64,000 nt of DNA from Myxococcota bacterium (GTDB taxonomy: Bacteria > Myxococcota_A > SURF-8): contig OZ223209.1 in the NCBI GenBank assembly GCA_965140415.1, forward strand, positions 608,001 through 672,000, in the 5' to 3' direction. Under the pieces are notes generated by a model, which saw nothing but the letters and a program-made list of their open reading frames with translations, was not told the origin of the DNA and did not search any database. Positions 57,353 through 64,000 of this stretch are shown piece by piece (the first letter of the stretch is position 1; each line of letters opens with the position of its first letter). The position numbers and the translations under genes are program-made.

Positions 57353-59257
57353 ATGCGGCTTGAATCCACCCTGAATGTGGTCAAAGAGTTTCGAAACCGC
57401 TTTCCATGGTTAGCACTTGTCGTACTGATCGTTTTTACGCTGCTGATTCTGCGTTTGGCGCAACTCCAGCTTTTCAAAGGCGAGCACTATCATTCGCTAA
57501 GCGAGCATAATTTCGTGCAGGAGCGCGTGGTTATTCCACTGCGCGGCAACATCTACGATGCACAACACCGTCCCTTAGCGGAAAACATTCCTGCTTACAA
57601 TGTGTATGTCACACCGGCTTTCATCAAAGATCTGGATGATATCCTGATCAAGCTGGAAGGCTATTTGAACCTAAGCAGCGAGGAGAGCCTGCGCATTCGC
57701 CACTCTGCCGAAAAAAGCCGGGGATTGTTACGCTTTCGGGAAATTATGGTCGATAGCGACATTTCACGCGATCAACTCGCTGTTTTAGAAAGCCATAAAC
57801 TTGAATTAGCTGGAGTCGCCGTGCGGCCCGGTCCCCGCCGACATTATCCGCAAGGGGAACTGACTTCGCATGTAGTCGGATACGTCGGGCGCATTTCCGA
57901 CCGCGAAATCAAGCAGAATCCCGAGTATTTCCCGACAGATCAAATCGGCAAGAGCGGAATCGAACTGGCGCTTGAAAAACCGTTGCATGGCTCCTACGGT
58001 TTGCAACGTGTGGTGGTGGATGCTACAGGTCGTGTAAAGAGCAACAAACAGGCAAACCTGCTGCTAAAAGGGGATTCCGGTTCCGCATCGGAACAGGGAA
58101 AAAATGTAGTGCTGTCGCTGGATCTGGACTTGCAAAAGGTCGCGGCGGCGACCTTCAATGCCAAGGCCGGAGCCGTGGTGGCGATCGAGGTGAAAACCGG
58201 TTTCGTCAAAGTGTATTACTCCGCACCCGGCTTCGATCCCAACCAATTCGTCAGCGGGATTTCCCAACTCGAATGGGAACGGTACCGAAATTCCATCCTG
58301 GACCCGATGATGGATAAAGTAGCGCAGGCGTCCTATTATCCCGGATCGACATACAAGGTTATCCCTGCGCTTGCCGGTCTGCAACAGCCGGAGATCGACG
58401 AGCATTGGGGCGCTACCTGCAACGGTGTGAAGTTCCTTGGGAAACATGGATTCCATTGCTGGAAACGCGTCGGTCATGGCTGGGTCGATCTGCGCAAGGC
58501 CATCAAGGAATCCTGCGATGTCTATTTCTATAGCGTGGGTGAAACCATCGGTTTCGAACCGATTTATCAACTGGCCATGGATTTCGGTTTCGGAAAAAAA
58601 AGCGGGATCGGTATCAACAACGAAACCGACGGCGTCTTGCCGAGTGAGAAGTGGCATCGAAAAACGCACAAACGTCCCTGGTCCACCGGCGACACGTTTT
58701 CGCACGTCATCGGGCAAGGAGACTTGAAAGTCAATGCCTTGCAGTTATCCTTGGCATATGCAGCCATCGCCAACGGCGGCACGCTTTGGCAGCCGCAGGT
58801 GATTCGAGAAGTGCGTCAGCCTGATGGACAGTTACTGGAGGTTTCCCAGCCCAAGATAAAACGTAAACTGTCGCTGGTTCCCGAAGCGTTAAAAGCGGTG
58901 CAGGATGGCTTGGCGGCAGTTCCCAATGAAAAGGGGGGAACCGGGTATCTCTCGCGCTTGATCGTGCCGCAGTTTGCCGGAAAAACCGGTACCGCGCAGG
59001 TCGTTCGTTTGCAGAAAGACAAGCGTATGCAAGACGACTACCTGCTCAAAGACCATGCCTGGTTCGTTGGTTACGGTCCGGTGGAAGATCCCGAACTGGT
59101 CGTGGCGGTGATTGTGGAGCATGGCGAACATGGAAGCTGGGCCGCGCCTATCGTGCGTGAAGTGCTGGCGGCCTGGTATGAAAAAAAGACCGGTCAGCCG
59201 GCGGAACGTCCTCCCTATAGTTATTATTCGCCCATTACCCAGCCACCTGAGCCCTAG
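57353..59257 (+). CDS. mrdA: Penicillin-binding protein 2
   Basis: RGNIYD, GKSGIE, PGSTYK, SCDVYFY, IGQG, KTGTAQ, DHAWF. Confidence 0.95.
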   Translation: MRLESTLNVVKEFRNRFPWLALVVLIVFTLLILRLAQLQLFKGEHYHSLSEHNFVQERVVIPLRGNIYDAQHRPLAENIPAYNVYVTPAFIKDLDDILIKLEGYLNLSSEESLRIRHSAEKSRGLLRFREIMVDSDISRDQLAVLESHKLELAGVAVRPGPRRHYPQGELTSHVVGYVGRISDREIKQNPEYFPTDQIGKSGIELALEKPLHGSYGLQRVVVDATGRVKSNKQANLLLKGDSGSASEQGKNVVLSLDLDLQKVAAATFNAKAGAVVAIEVKTGFVKVYYSAPGFDPNQFVSGISQLEWERYRNSILDPMMDKVAQASYYPGSTYKVIPALAGLQQPEIDEHWGATCNGVKFLGKHGFHCWKRVGHGWVDLRKAIKESCDVYFYSVGETIGFEPIYQLAMDFGFGKKSGIGINNETDGVLPSEKWHRKTHKRPWSTGDTFSHVIGQGDLKVNALQLSLAYAAIANGGTLWQPQVIREVRQPDGQLLEVSQPKIKRKLSLVPEALKAVQDGLAAVPNEKGGTGYLSRLIVPQFAGKTGTAQVVRLQKDKRMQDDYLLKDHAWFVGYGPVEDPELVVAVIVEHGEHGSWAAPIVREVLAAWYEKKTGQPAERPPYSYYSPITQPPEP

Positions 59258-59387
59258 TGCAATATCTCACGGGTTACAGTCGAACGCAGTGGCGTTTTTC
59301 CTGTTTCTATGGCAGAATACGTCCGGTTAATTGGAATAATGCAGAAAACTCAGCCGTGTATAAGGGGGTTGTATGTTCTGGTGCACA

Positions 59388-61361
59388 ATGAAGTCTTACG
59401 CAATCAACGTTCTCGTCATCGGTTTGCTGCTTGTCGTGCAGGCTTGCTACCAGAACCCGGAACTGCCCAAAGCGTATGATTCCGCCAAAGCGGGTGATAC
59501 GAAGGCGGCGCACGAGCATTTCCAGCAAGCGATACTGCAAGGAAAAGGTGATGTTCTCCCGTTCAACGCCTACATCCGCTGGCAGATTGAAGCCCTGGCC
59601 CCTAGACTGGATGCTGCTCGGCAGGAATTCGATCAGGCGAGCGAAGCGACTTTCTTCGACGGGCTACAGACATCGATGCACGAACTGTTACAGGAACTGC
59701 GGGGCACGGAGGAGTTTCTACGCGAGCATTGCCAATGCGACCGCCAGGAAGATCTGAATTCCTTCAACTGGTTTCGTCAAAAGGCGCAGGAGCACCGCAA
59801 CCTCGCCCATTACCTGATCAATGAATCGAAACTTGCTGCAAAGAAATACCGTACCAAATCTAACCGGTTAACGATTTCCGGCGAGAATTACTATCGTTCC
59901 AATCAATTCGGACCGGCTTTCGACGCGCTGGATAAGGCTCTTCGCTATGACATTGGAAATCGTAAAGCGGCGGAACTGTTAGCCAATATCGAGCGATATC
60001 GAAAAGGTACCGAGTTGATCGAAGGAGTGCAACTCAAGCAGGCAGACGAGCACTTCATGGCAATGGTTGCCGATGGCGTACTGGTTCAGGCTGCAAAAGG
60101 GCAGCTTGACCTGATCAAACGTCGGCGTATCATGAGCCAGCATCACATTCATCAGGCGGAAATGTCGCTTGCTCGCAAGCAGTTTTCTGCCGCCCGGAAG
60201 TCGTTCTCGAATGCCAAGTCGCTGGATCGTGACCTGGAAGAATTGCTGTCCAAGCGCATTGTGACGGTGGCTTTACTGGAAGAAGCCTGGCTAAAGACCG
60301 ACCAAAACAACTATGAACAGGCTCTGGAACTCTTTCGACAGGCAGAAAAGGACTGGCCGGAAAATAAAACCATCCAAGCCTGGCGCAAGCGGAGCGAAGC
60401 GCAAGTCAATCATGATCAAGCCAAGCGCCTTGTCGCACAGGGCGAGACCTTGTTACTCGCCGGTCAGATCGAGGATGCCGAAAAGGCGTTTGCGGCAGTG
60501 TTGCAGATTCCAAAAGAAGGAAGGCGCGCCAAACGCGATATTCGCAAAGCACGCACGAAGGCTCGCAAACAGTTTGTAAAGCAGGCCCAAAAAGCCACTA
60601 AAGACGGAGACAAACTGACTGCCCGGAACAAGTATCGGCTTTGCTATGAAGCCTCCCAATACAAGCCCTGCATGTCCAAGCAAAAAGCCTTGGAAAAGAA
60701 ACTGATAGGTGGCTTGCTAAAGGATGGGAAGAAAGCGCTGGAAGCCAAGGAAAGCTTCTTGGCCTATGCCGCTTTCCAGGCGGTGCTTCAAATGAATGGC
60801 GAAAATGCCGATGCTCAAGCCGGTTTGCAACAGGCACAAGAAGCCTGTCAACCGGCCAGTTCGCTGGTTTTACACCTGGATTCGGAAATCGGTCATACGG
60901 TTGACCCGACCTGGCCAAGTTCGCTGGAAGAAGTTCTAAAAGCGAAAAACCTGCGTTTTCACTGGGCAAATCCGGAAGAGACAAGCACTACTCCTGGACG
61001 GCATGTGTTGATTACCGTGCTGGCTCCGGCGCCGCCTGCCAGAGAAACTCAAGCTGCTCAGGAAAAGTCCACTGAAGATGAAAAGGCTGAAAACGCTCAG
61101 GAAACTTCGGAGTCTGTTGAATCAGTTCCCGAAGCAAAAACAGCGGAAGGGTTCGAGTTGTATACCGTACTCGATTTTCGCACTGTTCCCGAAGGAGGGA
61201 TGGCTACGCTGTTGGAATCCTATGTGAATTCGGAAATCCTGGCTCACATCGATGCGCCGCAAGAAGGCGCATCCGCCAAGCAGGTCGTGCAACGCTATCT
61301 GCTTCACCTTACCCCCGCTTCCAAGGTGGATTGGCTGTCTGTGGCCTCATCCGGTCACTAG
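59388..61361 (+). CDS. TPR-like helical-repeat lipoprotein
   Basis: Lipobox VQA-C; multiple A...F..A/L helical repeats. Start is 59373 or 59388. Confidence 0.75.
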   Translation: MKSYAINVLVIGLLLVVQACYQNPELPKAYDSAKAGDTKAAHEHFQQAILQGKGDVLPFNAYIRWQIEALAPRLDAARQEFDQASEATFFDGLQTSMHELLQELRGTEEFLREHCQCDRQEDLNSFNWFRQKAQEHRNLAHYLINESKLAAKKYRTKSNRLTISGENYYRSNQFGPAFDALDKALRYDIGNRKAAELLANIERYRKGTELIEGVQLKQADEHFMAMVADGVLVQAAKGQLDLIKRRRIMSQHHIHQAEMSLARKQFSAARKSFSNAKSLDRDLEELLSKRIVTVALLEEAWLKTDQNNYEQALELFRQAEKDWPENKTIQAWRKRSEAQVNHDQAKRLVAQGETLLLAGQIEDAEKAFAAVLQIPKEGRRAKRDIRKARTKARKQFVKQAQKATKDGDKLTARNKYRLCYEASQYKPCMSKQKALEKKLIGGLLKDGKKALEAKESFLAYAAFQAVLQMNGENADAQAGLQQAQEACQPASSLVLHLDSEIGHTVDPTWPSSLEEVLKAKNLRFHWANPEETSTTPGRHVLITVLAPAPPARETQAAQEKSTEDEKAENAQETSESVESVPEAKTAEGFELYTVLDFRTVPEGGMATLLESYVNSEILAHIDAPQEGASAKQVVQRYLLHLTPASKVDWLSVASSGH

Positions 61362-61391
61362 CAAAGTGTTTGAAATAATTTGGGAAATTAG

Positions 61392-61537
61392 GATGGTTCA
61401 AGGCTCCCGTCTTGAACCATCAGTTTCCGGCTAGGGATTGTGTCCCGACCATGAAGACAAACGTGAGGAGCAGGGCAGGAGCCCATGCTCCAACGCGGGA
61501 AATCCTACTGGATTCCTCCGCATGCGCGGGGAATGAC
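61392..61537. repeat. Mosaic of REP-like palindromes
   Basis: 11-bp hairpin at 61392-61421; 61467-61494 matches 31554-31581 at 27/28 nt; a further palindrome at 61508-61537. Confidence 0.75.
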
Positions 61538-61763
61538 ATTCGCTTCGCAAAAATGAAATTAGGACCCTTCCAACCATACACATCTTATAAAATTACTTAT
61601 GACAATTCTGTGACATACCGAAACATGTATGCTACTCTAATAGAATACGAGCCGCAAAAATACGGCGGGCTCACGCTTTTTGGAATGAAGACCTGCACCA
61701 ATCGGTTCTAACATCTATGATGGGTATTCGATTTCGCCGAATGCAAACCAGGATAAGAAAGGG

Positions 61764-63830
61764 ATGGGCACCATGGCAAATGGTCAAAAACTTCTCGATA
61801 CTTTATCCAGTCGACTGGATCAGGAAGTGTTCCGCAACCTCAATTGGGAAGGCTCGCTGGAAGATTATTTCGACATCGTTCGCCAGCAGCCGGATATTGT
61901 GCGGACCGCATTCCAGCGTATGTACGACATGATCATCTCCTACGGCTTCACGGAATACGTCGATGCCAAGAAGAAGATCACGCACTATAACTTCTTCGAT
62001 GATCCCATTGGCAAGGGGCGCGACGCCGTTTTCGGCATCGACATTCCACTGATGAAGCTGGTCAACCTGTTCCGCTCTGCCGCGCAGCAATATGGAACCG
62101 AAAAGCGTGTCATTCTGCTGCATGGTCCGGTGGGTTCCGCCAAAAGCACCATCGTGCGACTGTTGAAGCGCGGCATGGAGGCTTACTCACGCCAGAACGA
62201 AGGCGCGCTATACTCCTATGCCTGGGATATTCCAAAGGATTTCGGACCGGATGGTCTGGTTCCCTGTCCGATGCACGAAGAACCGCTGCACCTGATCCCG
62301 GAAGAGTATCGCGAGGAATTGCTGGCGGATCTGCTGCCTTCCAGCGGCAGCGACAGCAAACCCTATCGCTACAATGTAGAGGGCGGGCTGTGTCCGGTTT
62401 GTCGTTATTACTTCCACAACCTGCGCAAACGTTACGATGGCGATTGGGCCAAGATGCTGACCAAGCACATCAAGGTGCGCCGCATTTCGTTAAGCGAAAA
62501 AGACCGTGTCGGCATCGGTACTTTCCAGCCCAAGGATGAAAAGAACCAGGATTCCACCGAGTTGACGGGTGATGTCAACTACCGCAAAATCGCGGAATAC
62601 GGTTCCGATTCCGATCCGCGCGCCTTTAACTTCGATGGTGAGTTCAATATCGCCAACCGGGGTGTGATCGAGTTCATCGAGGTGTTGAAGCTCGATGTGG
62701 CCTTCCTCTACGATCTGCTGGGAGCGTCGCAGGAGCATATGATCAAACCGAAGAAATTCGCCCAGACCGATATCGATGAAGTCATCATCGGTCATACCAA
62801 TGCGCCTGAATACAAGAAGTTGCAGAACAACGAGTACATGGAGGCGCTACGCGACAGAACCGTCAAGATCGACATTCCCTACATCACGCGCATGACGCAC
62901 GAAACGAACATCTACAAGAAAGACTACGAAAAGAAGAAGATTCCCATGCACATCGCGCCGCATACCTTCGAGGTTGCCTCGATGTGGGCGGTGCTGACGC
63001 GTTTGGAGGAACCGACGCAGGGCACCATTACGATGCTACAGAAAATGAAACTGTACGACGGTCGCTCCCTGCCCGATTTCACGGAAGACACCGTAGTGGA
63101 GCTTCGTAAAAGCGGCAGCAGCGAAGGCATGCAGGGCATCAGTCCGCGTTTCATTCAGGACAAAATCAGCAACACGCTGGTGCGTTTTGCCGACGAGGGC
63201 CACATCAGCCCCTTCATGGTCATGAACGAACTGGAAGCCGGATTGCGGCACCATTCGCTGATCACCAACGAAAAGGATCGGGACCGGTACCGGGAACTGC
63301 TTTCGGTGGTCAAGAAGGAATACGAAGAGATCATTAAAAACGAAGTGCAGCGCGCCATCAGCGCCGATGAAGACGCCATCCGCAAATTGTGTTCCAACTA
63401 TGTGGACAACATCAAGGCGTACACGCTGCGGGAGAAGATCAAGAATCCTTACACCGGTCACTTCGATGAGCCGGACGAGCGCCTGATGCGTTCGATCGAG
63501 GAGAAAATCAACATTCCCGAAACGCGTAAGGATGATTTCCGGCGGGAGATCATGAACTACATCGGCGCGTTGGCTTTGGATGGCAAGCAGTTCGATTATC
63601 GCAGCAACGAGCGGCTGGATCGCGCCTTGGAAATGAAACTGTTCGAAGATCAGAAAGACGCCATCAAGCTGACCAGTCTGGTCTCCAATGTGGTGGACAA
63701 AGAGGCGCAGGAAAAGATCGATATCGTGAAAAGCCGCTTGATCAAGAACTACGGGTACAACGAGCAGTCGGCCACCGACGTGCTCAATTACGTGGCGAGC
63801 ATCTTCGCTCGCGGCGACTCGAAGGGCTGA
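61764..63830 (+). CDS. prkA: PrkA/YeaG family AAA+ serine kinase
   Basis: [52 protein letters not shown]. Confidence 0.95.
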   Translation: MGTMANGQKLLDTLSSRLDQEVFRNLNWEGSLEDYFDIVRQQPDIVRTAFQRMYDMIISYGFTEYVDAKKKITHYNFFDDPIGKGRDAVFGIDIPLMKLVNLFRSAAQQYGTEKRVILLHGPVGSAKSTIVRLLKRGMEAYSRQNEGALYSYAWDIPKDFGPDGLVPCPMHEEPLHLIPEEYREELLADLLPSSGSDSKPYRYNVEGGLCPVCRYYFHNLRKRYDGDWAKMLTKHIKVRRISLSEKDRVGIGTFQPKDEKNQDSTELTGDVNYRKIAEYGSDSDPRAFNFDGEFNIANRGVIEFIEVLKLDVAFLYDLLGASQEHMIKPKKFAQTDIDEVIIGHTNAPEYKKLQNNEYMEALRDRTVKIDIPYITRMTHETNIYKKDYEKKKIPMHIAPHTFEVASMWAVLTRLEEPTQGTITMLQKMKLYDGRSLPDFTEDTVVELRKSGSSEGMQGISPRFIQDKISNTLVRFADEGHISPFMVMNELEAGLRHHSLITNEKDRDRYRELLSVVKKEYEEIIKNEVQRAISADEDAIRKLCSNYVDNIKAYTLREKIKNPYTGHFDEPDERLMRSIEEKINIPETRKDDFRREIMNYIGALALDGKQFDYRSNERLDRALEMKLFEDQKDAIKLTSLVSNVVDKEAQEKIDIVKSRLIKNYGYNEQSATDVLNYVASIFARGDSKG

Positions 63831-63871
63831 AAGCTGCGTCATAGATAGCGATAACCGGGAAGCGAGGAATC

Positions 63872-64000
63872 ATGGGCGTCCTGACTATTCGAGGAGATCA
63901 CGCTCGATTCAAGCAGATTGTGCGCGGTGCGATCAAGCGGGATCTGAAAAAATACGTCACCAAAGGCGAGATGATCGGTCGGCGCGGCAAGGATACCATT
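63872..64000 (+). CDS. yeaH: YeaH/YhbH (DUF444) family protein, N-terminal fragment
   Basis: GAGG SD; MGVLTIRGDHARFKQIVRGAIKRDLKKYVTKGEMIGRRGKD; directly follows prkA as expected. Confidence 0.8.
   Translation, partial: MGVLTIRGDHARFKQIVRGAIKRDLKKYVTKGEMIGRRGKDTI

Overview
Bacterial chromosomal window, moderately GC-rich. Gene content (Tol-Pal with a DUF4398-type Pal, PrkA-YeaH, Cys-rich and Asp-rich lipoproteins, sigma54 circuitry) suggests a Myxococcota/deltaproteobacterial-type organism; this is an inference. Housekeeping blocks: hisC, a MoxR-DUF58-BatA operon, apt, ffh-rpsP-khpA-rimM-trmD-rplS-rnhB, tolQRAB-pal, rplM-rpsI, mrdA and prkA-yeaH. Most notable accessory features: (1) an apparently extracytoplasmic AmmeMemoRadiSam operon (3159-9799, minus strand). 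Its radical SAM gene lacks the usual N-terminal EAx(Y/F)Y-like segment and is flanked by two tiny genes, one with a TM helix and one with a Tat signal, that share the motif G-x-L-S-D-x-P-A-R-H-Y. (2) A RiPP-like set (PqqD/RRE gene, 51-aa YxxPxV/two-Cys peptide, HPr-kinase-like ATPase) bracketing a 2856-aa Ig/FG-GAP lipoprotein gene. (3) A self-contained sigma54 circuit (activator, 23-bp site present twice, -24/-12 promoter) driving a 1896-aa mosaic lipoprotein with a ~755-aa insertion inside one domain. (4) An AT-rich lipoprotein gene with a single internal TGA, lying between perfect 31-bp inverted REP-like repeats. No tRNA, rRNA, CRISPR array or transposase was recognised. All family assignments come from motifs read by eye, not from database searches.
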